Assembly: GCF_009914755.1 (NCBI RefSeq)
Contig: NC_060928.1
Direction: 5' to 3' (one strand)
DNA length: 64,000 bases
DNA from: the human T2T-CHM13v2.0 reference genome, Homo sapiens
Made by a program: the position numbers and the translations under genes. Below, piece by piece: positions 31,312 to 49,962 of this stretch (positions within the stretch are counted from its first letter, which is position 1; the number at the start of each line of letters is the position of its first letter). The notes under the pieces are model-generated. The model ran no database searches and was not told the origin of the DNA. It worked only from the letters and a program-made list of their open reading frames with translations.

Positions 31312-31485
31312 AGTGAATCACAACAACTTAAGGAAAGTTATCAACAACTTTTAAATACTCTTCAAATGTATTAAGCACACCTTAATTTCTGCAGATAAGA
31401 ATGGGAAGAGAAAGCCGTGTTCATTTTTTCCTAATGAAACAGAAAATCTGACAATTCTAACCTCACTTATAACACGCTACTTCTA

Positions 31486-31844
<359 letters not shown>

Positions 31845-32249
31845 TCATTAATAAGATAAAATAGTTTAAGTAGGCAAAACAGATGCCATATGTAACCTAT
31901 AACCTAAAGTCGGCATACCCCTCGGGCTCTCCTATTACAGGACTTCTACTAGACGTAATTCTAAGAAGCGTGATACACTCATTTACAAGCCACAGGAGAC
32001 TGCAAAATCAATTAGAAAGAGGGCACAGCTACAGCAAGTAGTTGTAACTAAAAATCAGACAGAACCCTGCAAACACCATAAGCATCATTTATTACTATTG
32101 CCATTGTTACTGCCAACATTTATATACTGTTAACTCTCATGCCAGGTTCTTCTCTGTGTCTTACATGCATTAACTCTACTTCAGATAGGGACAAGCAGAA
32201 TTTCACATTTCACCTATCCCCTGGGCATCACTGTATTACCATACAGCAC

Positions 32250-32830
32250 ACTCAGTTCTGCTATAACGCTTGTGTTTTTTCAAGAGAACAATTTGAGTGT
32301 AACTCGAATTTCATGTTTCTTTATGCATGATTTCACTGCAAGAATACTAGGTTATCGCAGAAGGCTGCACTTGGGCCAAAACCAGCTGCATATGGTTACA
32401 AAGAATGAACACAGTCCATGCCTCAAACATCTACCGGTGACTTCGGTTTCCACCAGTGTGCTATGAGCCACACCAAGCCATATCTGGTATCCCGACTCCA
32501 TCTGATTTCAGGTAATCCGTCTGCCACCACTTCACAATAACTCCTAAGTGGCAACCCTTCTAAAGCACGAGTTCACAAGCAAATGTCAGGACTTTTTCGA
32601 GTTGAAGTACCATATTTATTGCACTATTTATGTATTTAACCATTTAGTATGTGAAAAATTTGTGCAACAGTATTTATTCAGTTCCCATCCCTTTTTAATG
32701 TGTCACTGATAGTTTTTTGAGTATTGTGTCCCCAACTGCATTCCTCTCCTAAGCACTGTGAGTTTTACTGCAGGATTCTGCATAATGTGGTTTTTAAGAA
32801 CACATAGATCATTTTATCAGAATTGACTAC
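32250..32830. mobile_element. Tigger13a-like DNA transposon relic
   Basis: TIR-like ends tcagttctgctataacgc / cattttatcagaattgact. Confidence 0.6.
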
Positions 32831-34279
32831 ATAATAACTAGTGTTTATAAAAGATACTTGTTATTTATCCAGAAGGGGTGAAATTGTGATTTTCATATTT
32901 TGTCATTATGTTTAAGAGGACAGCAACATATTGTAATGCAATTTAAAAAAGATTGTCTTTCACAATGTTTACAATTACCAACCATAGACACTTAAGGGTC
33001 AGCTTCAGTTACATGATAAATTTATTTATGTAAGATTCCCTAAAGTTGTTAAAGGAGGTATTACAGGACCATTTTGGACAGATCAAGATGACGGTGTTAT
33101 AAAGATAGATTCTTGCAGACAAGACAGCTTAACCATAATTGCTGGAAAGGACAAAATGAATGGAATTACTTTTCATTCTTAAAAACCAATAAATTAAAAA
33201 GACTCTAAATTTTCTTTTAAAGAGTTCAAGATAGGCATAAAGATATATACAAGGAATTTTTCTATTATAAGTAATACTCTTATAAATAATTTTTAAAACA
33301 CAATACTCAACAATGGATAGTTTTTTAAAATCTGTAGAATATTTAATAAAAGGAGAAAATGTTCTTAAGCAGTATTGAGAAAGTAGACTATAATGTAATA
33401 TACTCATCTTCCCAGTTTTGTTTATAAGAAAAAAGACTAGAAAGAAAAAAAAAGCCAACATTTGAAAAACTGCTAGTTACAAATGGTAGAATTACAACAG
33501 AGTAATTTTTACTTTCTTTATATTTTGCATTAGTGGGAACATCCTTTTTACCCCCACTTTAACGTCACATGTGAATCCAGCCAATAGAATGAAGGCTAGC
33601 CAAAAAAACAAGAACATCAGGAGCTTCCTTGTCAATCACAAGTATTAATAGGTCCAGTCATGCGGCTGGACCTCTGAAAGTGTTTTCTATCTCATAATTC
33701 AAGGACAAATACAGTCCGTCCCAATAGGGATGTTTAAAGTTTATAAACCCATTACAGAGGCCAAAATATAATTTGCTTTTACAGGCTAATACAGTCATGG
33801 ATTTAGTAAAATCCAGTTGAAAGATTTTTAATTATATAATTGTATCTAAGCTGTCCTAATATCTGAAAGAAATTTCATTCTGAATAAAGAAATTGTATTC
33901 TGGATAAAGCTCCTTTCAAACAAGATCAAGATTAAACAAATACAAAGAGGGATGCATTTGGGCATGCGGATAAACTTCCAGTTTGAGGAGTTTTAAATAG
34001 CAAGTAAGAAAAGAGAGATTGGTCTTTGTAACCTCCAAAAGAACGTGGCTATATTAAAATTTTCCCAATAACAAAACTGACTTTAAATACTTGCCAAAAA
34101 CAGTGACTCTTTTAGTCATGAGTGTGCTTAGTTTAATCCCACACACTGATATCACATTAAGAACTGAAGGCTGAGGATATACAGGAATCAAGGGCCAATT
34201 TGGGACAACTTGGCCACCACACATCTGAGTTCACTCACCCATGCTTGGCTAGGAGTACATTTATTTTATTTTTAATCTA

Positions 34280-34758
34280 TTCATTTTTTTTCTTTCTAAC
34301 TATTATTTTAGGTTCAGAGGCACATATGCAGGTTTGTTATCTGGATAAATTGTGTGTCGTGGGGGTTTGGTATGCAGATTATTTTGTACGCAGGTAATGA
34401 GCATAATACCCAATAGGTAGTTTTGCAATCCTCACCCTCCTCCCACCCTTGGCCCTGCCACTCTCCTCCCTCAAGTGGGTCCCAGTATCTACTGTTTCCA
34501 TCTTTGTGTCCATACATACTCAATGTTTAGCTCCCACTTACAAGCGAGAATGTGTGGTATTTGGTTTTCTGTTCCTGTACTAATTCTCTTAGGATAATGG
34601 CCTCCAGCTCCATCCATGTTGCTGCAAAGGACGTGATTTAGTTCTTTTTTACGGCTGCATAGTATTCTAGTGTGTATATGTACCACATTTTCTTTCTCCA
34701 GTCCACTGTCAAGGGGCACCTGAGTTGATTCCATGTCTTTGCTATTGTGAGTAGTGCA
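34280..34758 (-). mobile_element. Older L1PA (PA13-16-like) 3' end
   Basis: Reverse L1 3'UTR (gcaggtttgtta.., gctcccacttacaagcgagaa, gctccatccatgttgctgcaaagg); ORF2 C-terminal remnant in ORF 34638-34826. Confidence 0.9.
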
Positions 34759-35397
34759 CTAGCAGCATATTTAAGTGATGTGTCCCTTTTCACTTTCAAT
34801 TTAGCTTTCCTGGCATACCTGCACACCCAGTAACTACTTCATATAGGGCAGTTACTTTAATAGGACTCCCACTCTCAAGAATGTGCTGAGGATTGAAAGT
34901 CAGTGGTTGTATGTGTAGGAGAGGGTGGTAGTTTTGTTTTATAAAATTATAAAGCAGTTAACATTCAGCATACATAGCTGAATAATAACCATATCCCTGA
35001 TATACAATGCATAGATGTATAGTCTATTTTTGTTTTGTTTTTTACTTCCAAAAATGCTGACACCGATGAAAAACAAAAACAAACCCTTATGTTTCAAATG
35101 TGCTTTTGTATTTTTTAGCATTTTCATATAGGTTCTCTACCAAATTACTACATGTTTTGTTTCATTTTAGCAAATAGAAAAGGCAAAATAAATATTTTAA
35201 TTATGCTATTATATATAAAAATATCATGGAAGAAATATGGAGCTCCAGACAAATCAGTCAATTTAAGGTTTACAGCCTCCTCAGAGACTCTATCATTATA
35301 TCAAATGCACAATGATTGTTTTGGAAATTTTGAAATTCCTGGCTTTTGTGTCCCACAAGTTGCTGCCTAAAATGCTGCGCATATGCACCTTTAATAA

Positions 35398-35709
<312 letters not shown>

Positions 35710-35836
35710 GAATTAACCAACTATTATAATCAACCAGAAAATCCAGAGACTGTGTCCAATTATGAGTATTCAAAATAAAAACTATGAATCTTAATTTTTC
35801 AAAGACATGCTGAGATATACATTCACATATACATAC

Positions 35837-35848
35837 CTTACACTGACT
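35837..35848 (-). CDS. Candidate 12-nt microexon (AGTCAGTGTAAG)
   Basis: Minus strand: cCTAAC branch point, TGCtctgtattttCAG acceptor, 12 nt, AAG|GTATGT donor, GCATG about 27-31 nt downstream. Confidence 0.5.
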
Positions 35849-36244
35849 CTGAAAATACAGAGCAGTTAGGAACTCTTGGCATGGAAACTACACATCTTAA
35901 ATTGCTTTAAGAATTAGCATATGTATAGCTCAGGGGAATAAATTATCTTACCATTAATGGATATAAAAAAGGGTAACCAATTTTCAGAGTCTACCTAGAA
36001 AACACACAGAAACTATTTTCTCAGGCTCTCTAAGTCACTTCTGGGGCAGAATTCCAATGTTATCTAAGTTAATCTTTGGCACTATCTCATTTCCCTTTGT
36101 GCATTCCTCTTCAACCTCTAGCCCAAAGCCCAAAGACCTTCACTTTGGATGGCCTTCTCCCTTCATTGGTGAACATCTAAAACTCTTGATGCCACCAAGG
36201 GAATAATCTTGGGAAATGGGTGGATGAACTTAAATGATTAATGA

Positions 36245-36584
<340 letters not shown>

Positions 36585-36599
36585 TAGATTAGGTACATT

Positions 36600-38010
<1,411 letters not shown>

Positions 38011-38926
38011 CTTATACAGCAGACTGGTCACAACCTATAAAAACTAGTAACCATAGTTACTTGTGGGCTATACCCACCCTGTATAAAGAGATCATAAAGG
38101 AGCTAATGGTTGAAAAGAAACTGACGCACATAGGAATATAGTTCTTCAGTGTTAGAGCATTTAGTCCATTTCTTAAAAAAAAAAGAAATCCAATTCTATT
38201 TCTTTTCTGAAGCAATTAATGGTTCTCAGTTGGGAGGAAGAACGTTGAGAAGAAAAAAAAAGAGACCCGTGGAAGAGGATGACAGTGGGTAAAAATTACA
38301 CAGAAAAGTTCAGTTCTCCTCTACCCAAGTCTGAAGAAGAGGTAGGTCTTCAAGGTTTAAAACATTCAGCCTGTGTTTCCCATCCTGGTGAGAAACGCTG
38401 TGCAGGTGCGGACATTTCCAACAAGTCAGAAAGATTCCCTTTTCCAGATTTACACTGACCAAACACCCTGCCCAGGGAGGGCCAAGGACCTCATTCCTCA
38501 CCCACCCCTGGCTGAGCCTGCATCAAGGGCAGTGTCTGACACACGCACCCAGGCCTACAGCCTTCAGCAGTCCCTGAAACCTGACATGTCTAAGACAGAC
38601 ATCACCCCAACAAACCCAACCCCTTGTTTCTCCTATCTCTTTTCTTGGTCTATCCAGTCTCAAAACTGCAGCTTCCTCTTTTGCTTCTCTTCCCACTGGC
38701 CCATTCTTCATACCTTCTCTGCCTCATCAGCATCCTCAAGGCCACACAGGCCACATGGCCTCGCACACTCCAAGTCAAAATACTCTCTCTTTTTCTCTGT
38801 TATTCCTCAATTTTCCATCTATGGTGCTCACTTGGCACTTTTTAAATATCTTTGCCACACAGCATTGATTCCACATCCACTGCAAGCCAGTGCTTTGCTA
38901 TGTTATTTCACTTTAAAAAGCACTAC

Positions 38927-39095
38927 AGGTCCCGCACCATGGTTCTCGCTGTAATCCCGACACTCTAAGAGGCTGAGGTGGGGGATCCTTTGAGGCCAGA
39001 AGTTCTAGGCTGCAATGGGCTACAATTGTGCCACTGCACTCCAGCCTAGGCGACAGGGCAAGACCCTATCTCTCTACACTAAAAAAAGAAAAAAA
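38927..39095 (+). mobile_element. FAM/FRAM Alu monomer
   Basis: Single diverged arm; TSD aaaa(g/t)cacta. Confidence 0.8.
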
Positions 39096-39104
39096 TCACT
39101 ATAA

Positions 39105-39577
<473 letters not shown>

Positions 39578-40131
39578 CAAGAAAGCAATATGATTTTATA
39601 AAGGTGTTTATATCATTTTATCCCTATTTTACAGAAGAATCGGATGTTCCAACATGTGGAATAATTTGTCAAAGGTCACGGAGCTAAAAAATTAATGTTC
39701 AGACCCTTGTCTTCTGGTTCTACCCTAATATCAAGGTGCTTTGTATTATTTAGTTTTAAACACTGTCTCCTGTCCTTTAACCAAGCATAAGGTCCTTGAA
39801 GGATGAGACAAATTTTATCATCTTTGTGTTCTCTCCAGAACCTGGTAATACTCATAACTTATGATAACTGATTTATCCATCAAGACTCCACCCAGAGACC
39901 ACCTTTCTTTCTAATTTACAGCCCCCATCCCTGCAGAAGCAACCACTCCCTCCTCCTTGGCCTCTGTATGTTTCCACTGCAGCACATGCAAGCCGGAATG
40001 CAAGGCCCGTGGCTGCCACACATGTGCCTGGCACGCAGGAGGCACTTAGTGTTTACTGAGTGAAATGATTACACATGGCACAGTCGTGTTTCTCAACAAG
40101 GTTGTCGTACCCTGTTAAAAAATTTGACCTC

Positions 40132-40429
<298 letters not shown>

Positions 40430-40581
40430 GACCTCATTTTTATCCTTATCATGTACTGACAAAAATTATTTTAGGCAAGACTGACAGAAAATGGAGAAGA
40501 GAATATAGGTCTGAGCCCCTTTGCATCCCCTCTACTTTGTGTTCTCTCTACATGCTGCCCTGGGTATAGTATGTTCTAGAG

Positions 40582-41108
40582 CAGCGGTCCCCAACCTTTT
40601 TGGCACCAGGAACTGGTTTCGTGAAAGACAATTTTTCCCCAATAGGGTGAGGGGAGGTTGGAGGGGTTTAGGATAATTCAAATGCATGATGTTTATAGTG
40701 CACTTTATTTCTATTATTACATTGTAATATATAATGAAGTAACTATACAACTCACTGTAATGTAGAACCAGTGGGAACCCTGAGCTTGTTCTCCTGCAAC
40801 TAGACATCCCATCTGGGGGTGATGGGAGACAGTACCAGATCATCAGGCATTAGATTCTCATAACGAGTGGGCAACCTAGATCCCTCGCATGCACAAGTCA
40901 CAAAAGGGCTTGTGCTCCTATGAGAATCTAATGCTGCTGCTGATCTGACAGGAGGCGGAGCTCAGGCAGTAATGCAAGAGATAAGGAGCAGCTGGAAATA
41001 TAGATTAAGCTTTCCTCACTCACCTGCCACTCACCTCCTGCTGTGCAGCCCTGTTCCTAACAGACCACAGAATGGTACCACTCCAAAACTTAGGGGTTGG
41101 GGACCCCA
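40582..41108. mobile_element. MER1A (hAT-Charlie)
   Basis: TIRs cagcggtccccaacc / ggttggggacccc; about 527 bp; tttttggcaccagg..gacaatttttcc. Confidence 0.9.
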
Positions 41109-41116
41109 TTTGCAGA

Positions 41117-41268
41117 AGAGTGCTTCCAAATTTTAATGTATATGTAATAGCAATCAATAAAAATTATGATTCAGTATGTCTGTGGTGGAGCCCAAGATTC
41201 TGCATTTCTAACAAGTTCCCAAGAGATAGCAATGCTGCTGATCCACAGAACATTCTTTGGAGTAGCAA
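41117..41268. mobile_element. MER5-type hAT MITE
   Basis: gattcagta..tctg..gtggagcccaaga..ctgcatttctaacaagttccc..atgctgctgatcc. Confidence 0.75.
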
Positions 41269-42516
41269 AAAGTTCTAGACAGTTATAGTGAAACTATTCC
41301 CATTTAAAGAGTATATAACATGTAGATTGAAATGACTAGACATAATTTCACAGAATGTTAATGCTAGTTGTCTCTGGGTTTCTTCTTTCTGCTTTTCTGT
41401 AATTTCCATGTATTGTATAATGACTCTTGCTGATGGAAATAAAAATTTTAAATGCTCTCTCTATATATACATGCACAAAAAAAACTGCATATTTGGACAT
41501 TTCCATTCTGCATAGCTCCATCTTTATTTAAGCAACAAATATACTTAAAAGGACTAGCCTTGGGATAGAACAGGTTGGTGAATTTAGCAATTCCCTATAT
41601 TCTCATTTTAACATGCAAATTAACATGAAACAGCAATTACCCTTAACAAGCAGTCGCCATTACAAGTATTGTTTTTCTCAGGTCCTTTCCCTTAAAAGAA
41701 AGAGAAAGAATCCGTTCAGTTGGAATACAATAAAAGGCAAACCAAATTAAGGGCAGATAGAAAAAAACCAGCAGGCACTACACTGGAGCTCTTCCAAGTG
41801 GGTCAACAGAACCACAGGAAAGTTGAAACAGATGGAAATGCTTTTCTCACAGCAGAGGTGGGATGGGCTGAGTTCCACAGCAAGGTGAAATGAAATAAAT
41901 TAAAGCATCATTCACTGTGCACCTGCAGGTGAGGTGGAAAAGAAATGATCCTTGGAGAAACCCCACCTCCAAAGCAGAATGAGGAGAGATCATTAGGAAA
42001 AGGCAATTAGAGGGCACATATTTGCAAGAAAACACTCCCAAAGCACCCGACCTCTCTTCAGTGGAGTTCCAATGAATACCAAGTTATATTCCCTCAGTCG
42101 TGGAAGATGTAGCCCAGCTGGTGGGCATTTCACTCCCACTGCAATGCCTGCAACAATTCCAGGGACTTGCTTGGCCACAAGTATCTGGGATACAGGCAGG
42201 GCCAAAAAGAAGGCACCCAACCATCCCATGGCCTATGCAGGGCACTCCTGGTTATAGCAGGCCTGGCAGCGCCCTGCACACTCTGCGTTCTACTCCTTTC
42301 CCGCTTCCAGGTAAGAGTTTCTCACTGCAGGATATGGGTTTTCATACTATAGTTCTGCCCACAGTCCTACCTGATGTTTTTCCTTAAAGAAAAACTGTGA
42401 AATTCTGTATGAAATTCCACTAAGGTTGGAACCTAGGGTTCAAAAAACCTGTAAATACAATGAAGCCAAAAATCACTTCTGTGGGTCTACACAGCATTAT
42501 TAAGAATGTGGTTTCA

Positions 42517-42816
<300 letters not shown>

Positions 42817-43208
42817 TCATATCTGTGAAGGTTAGACATACCAGATATTCAGCTCAACAGAAAACAACGAGCCACTGTATGTCTATTGAATTCTGTGAGT
42901 CCAGGGCTGGGTTATTTAACTGAAGGAAAGCAAGCATATGCTGAGTTTAAAAATGTGATTACCTGAAATTGCAAAACTAGTATCAAAGGCACCAACCTGA
43001 TGAGAGAAAAAATATCTGAATTTATATGGACTTCCTTACATTTACTTTGAAATTCAGTATTGTTTCTTTTTTGAATTATTTTGGTGTTAGATAGGGATAT
43101 CTGAGTTGGGGGAAAGCTCCATAATCTTTTCAATGTTCCAAATCCTAAAAATCTCAATATCATAGCTGGAATTTTAGATTTAAAGAGAGGTAAGAGGCAT
43201 AACAATGC

Positions 43209-43389
43209 AATACAAAATCATGTCATCTGCAAACAGGGACAATTTGACTAAATTGTCACTCATCTAGTCAACATAGTATTGAAAGTTCTGGCCAGGGCAA
43301 TCAGGCAAGAGAAAGAAATAAAGAGTATTCAAATAAAAAGAGAGGAAGTCAAATTGTCTCTGTTTGCAGATGACATGATTGTGTATTTA
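43209..43389. repeat. L1 ORF2 micro-fragment with 41-bp inverted ends, local copy of 44253-44374
   Basis: 43268-43389 equals 44253-44374 with 4 mismatches; 43209-43249 is the reverse complement of 43347-43387 with 2 mismatches. Confidence 0.88.
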
Positions 43390-43615
43390 ATACAATACAC
43401 AGCCTTTTGCCTGGATTCTGGTTTAAAATTTTGTTAAAACACTAAAGGTCTGGGAAATGAATTTAGAAAGTTTGATTATGGACTAATATTAAGTAATATT
43501 TGGGGACTACTGTTAATTTTGTTTGGTATGATAATGGTGGTGTACTTTTATTATGAAGCTTCCTTATTTTTTTGGAGATGGATGCTAAAGTATTGAGGGT
43601 TAAAATGTCATGACA

Positions 43616-43750
43616 GGCCAGGTGCGGTAGCTCACGCCTGTAATCCCAGTACTTTGGGAGGCAGAGGTGGGTGCATCTCCTGAGATCAGGAGTTTGAGAC
43701 CAGCCTGGCCAACATGGTGAACCCTGTCTCTACTAAAAATACAAAAATTA
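43616..43750 (+). mobile_element. AluS left arm (split by the U6/L1 insertion)
   Basis: Left monomer ending at linker tactaaaaatacaaaaatta. Confidence 0.95.
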
Positions 43751-43854
43751 GTGCTCGCTTCAGTAACACATATACTACAACTGGAACGACACAGACATTA
43801 GCCTGGCCCCTGCGCAAGGATGACACGCAAATTCATGGAGCGTTCCATATTTTT
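43751..43854 (+). pseudogene. U6 snRNA retrocopy, 5' part of a U6/L1 chimera
   Basis: gtgctcgcttc...gcccctgcgcaaggatgacacgcaaattc..gcgttccatattttt. Confidence 0.96.
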
Positions 43855-46451
<2,597 letters not shown>

Positions 46452-47013
46452 GTCATGCTAGCTATAATTAATTTTTAATGATTTGGCAAAAAATAATATG
46501 TATTGATTTCTATACAGAAAGCAAATAATGTTAATAATTGTATAAATGAGGGGGGTTATATGGGTGTTCATTGTACTGTTCTTTTTTCTATACTTGAAAA
46601 CTTTTAGAAAAGCTGAAATATATATCTGTCAAAAGCATTTATGGCCTTACACCTTTCTCTCTCTCGTCGTGTTGTCTTGCCAAATTAAATTATAGTCCAC
46701 TTACATTGGGTGATTTTCTTTCCTCCAAAAGACATTCTCACACGTTCCCACCTCTGTCGCTTTGTGAGATACAGTCTCTCAACCTGGTGTTTTATTCTCC
46801 CATCACTGTCCCTCAGTTAAGAACAGACCCATTCTTTTGGGTCCATCACAAATGTTGCCCTCTCTAGGAAAGCTTTCCTAACCCCCCATCCCAACTTTAG
46901 GCGATCCCCTCTTTTCTGACTCTCAGTGACACTCTGCAGCTCACATCACAGGTATCACATTCTGTCCTGCATGGTCTTTAAGAAGATATTTACTAAGAGT
47001 TTCTCATGGGTGA

Positions 47014-47398
<385 letters not shown>

Positions 47399-47732
47399 TA
47401 GGAATTATTATCATCTTCTTTTCACAGGTGAGAAAACAGGTTGAGAGGATGGGTGACTTGCCCAAGTCATAGGATTGGTGGATGGTAGGGCCAGGGTTCA
47501 TTCCCACTCAGCCCCATCTGCTTCCAAATTCCTAAGCGCTAGTGTGGTGTCATTTGCACCATGGCTTGATCCTTCCCTACTCTATTATACCAACTCAAGG
47601 GCAGGCAGAGCATCTTTATTTCAACAACATCTGTGCAAAGTCACTATGTGTCAGGCAACTGTTCTACATGATGGGATAAAGTGGCAAATGAAAAAGGACA
47701 GTATTTGACTCAGGTCAAAACTAAGGAAATCT

Positions 47733-48050
47733 AGCTGAGGGCAGTGGCTCATATCTGTAATCCCAGCACTTTGAGAAGCTAAGTGGGGAGAGACTCACAT
47801 GAGCCCTGGAGTTCAAGACCAGCCTGGGCAACACAGAGAAACTGTATCTACAAAACAAAACAAAAAAAAAAATTAGCCAGGAGCAGTGGGGCATACCTGT
47901 GGTCCCAGCTATTCAGGAGGCTGAGGAAGGAAGATCAGTTGAGCCTGGGAGATCAAGGCTGCAGTGAGCCATGATTGTACCACGCACTCCAGCCTGGGTG
48001 ATGGAGCAAGATCCTATCAAAACAAAAAACAAAAAACAAAAACAAAAAAC
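47733..48050 (+). mobile_element. AluJ
   Basis: TSD ctaaggaaatct (47721-47732 and 48052-48063). Confidence 0.92.
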
Positions 48051-48096
48051 CCTAAGGAAATCTGATCTAATTAGCCACTAGTCGTGGATTTGAATG

Positions 48097-48488
48097 AGCT
48101 GACATGGAGCCAGGCCTTGAAGGATCTTGAGGAACAGAGTCACTAGTCGTGGATTTGAATGAGTTCTGTGTCTTGACTTCAATTTCTAAGCCTCCGTTTT
48201 CCTCATCTATAAAATGATGATGATACCTTTACCACCCATATCATGGTATTTTTATGAGGCTAAATTACAGCATGCAACACAAACCGTCAAATACCCGAAT
48301 GCTGTTAATTATTGTCATTAATATTATCAAATGGCATCTATTAAATATTTATGTGTCTGTGACGCTTGTTATCACATCTGTAGTTTTCCAGGAGTTTGAT
48401 CTAAAAAAAGAGTTACTATCACTGATGGTGATTTATTAGGCCAGCTTCATATAGGAAGGTTTTTATATGTGGTACTTTTTATATGTGC
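48097..48488 (+). repeat. Inverted duplication, left arm (MIR plus unique sequence)
   Basis: Reverse complement of 49569-49962, about 90% identical by eye. Confidence 0.93.
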
Positions 48489-48665
48489 TGAATAAATCTG
48501 ATAGCCTTTAGTTAATAAAAACGTATCAATATAGCTTAATTATAACAAGCATACCATATTAAGATACAAAAAAAGAGAAAGGGAGGTGAGGGAGTATTGA
48601 GATACCCTGTACTATCTGCTCAGTTTTCCTGTAAATCTAAAAATGCTTTAAAAAAAATTAAGACT

Positions 48666-48953
48666 GGCCGGGCGCGGTGGCTCACGCCTGTAATTCTAGC
48701 ACTTTGGCAGGCTGAAGCAGGCAAAATGATTAAGCTCAGGAGTTCAAGACTGGCCTTGGCAATACAGCGAAACCCCAACTCTACAAAAATACAAAAATTA
48801 GCCAGGCGTTGTAGTGCGCACCTGTGGCCCCAGCTACTCAGGAGGAGGGGGCAGGAAGATGGTTTGAGCCCTGGAGGTTGAGGCTGCGGCAAACCGAGAT
48901 CATGCCACTGCACTCCAGCCTGGGTGACAGAGTGAGGCCTGTCTCAAAAATAA
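48666..48953 (+). mobile_element. AluJ in an L1M 3' fragment (spacer of the inverted repeat)
   Basis: Diverged Alu dimer. Confidence 0.9.
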
Positions 48954-49568
48954 TTGATTTTTTTTTTTTTAAGAGCATGAACATGAGGTCAATTTTCTTG
49001 ACTGGCTTATAAACTACCTCTTAAACTAATTCCAAAGAAGTGTAGTCCTATCGTCTTTAACAAAGAAGGTGGCACTGAAACGTGTGAATGGGGCCGACTG
49101 GGGGAGTGAGTTTGAACTAGGATCTCTAGCTAAATGTGTGGCACGTGTTTTTTAAACTTAATCTCATGCATTTATATTCCTCCTTTTATACAACACTAAC
49201 ATGTTTCGGGCTCCAAGTTCTCCAGCTTAATTCACTACATTTTAATTAACATACCCAGGAAGGAATTTACCACACCTCCTACTCCTCTAACAAGTAAAGT
49301 AAGTCCCAGAAAGGCTCTAGGAAGTTCCATTAAAAAAAAAAAAAAAAAAAAGTTGGCAATTTTTTTTTCCTTAAAAATCGCAGTCCCAATTCCCAAGTTC
49401 TATAGACAATCTTAAACCCAGAACTTCAAGCGTCTGTCTGTACATTAACATACTCCACCATACTATATCCGATTCCTGCCTAAAGAAGGGAGCTCAGCCT
49501 TTCACATACCCTGTCCAGAGACTCCTCTCAACTGTAACAAGAGACTCCACACTGCATTTGTGAGATCT

Positions 49569-49962
49569 GCACATATAAAAAGTCTACCACATATAAAAAC
49601 CTTCCTATGTGGAGCTGGCCTAAGAAATCACCATCAGTGGCAGCAACTGTGTTTTTTAGATCAAACTCCTGGAAAACTACAAATGTGATAACAAGCATCA
49701 AAAATAAATATTTAACAGATGCCATTTGATAATATTCATGACAATAATAAGTAACAGCATTCGGGTATTTTATGGTTTGTGTTCCATGCTGTAATTTAGC
49801 CTCATAAAAATACCGTGATATGGGTGGTAAAGATGTCATCACCATTATATAGATGAGGAAAACGGAGGCTTACGAGTTGAAGTCAAGACACAGAACTCAT
49901 TCAAATCCACGACTAGTGACTCTGTTCCTCAGGATCCTTCAAGGCCTGGCTCCATGCCAGCT
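49569..49962 (-). repeat. Inverted duplication, right arm
   Basis: For example gaactcattcaaatccacgactagtgactctgttcctc is the reverse complement of 48129-48166. Confidence 0.93.

Noticed and set aside
38373-38954. 193-aa ORF, and similar ORFs at 20953, 50927-51847 and 58993
   Set aside because: No recognisable domain, biased composition, and no splice support
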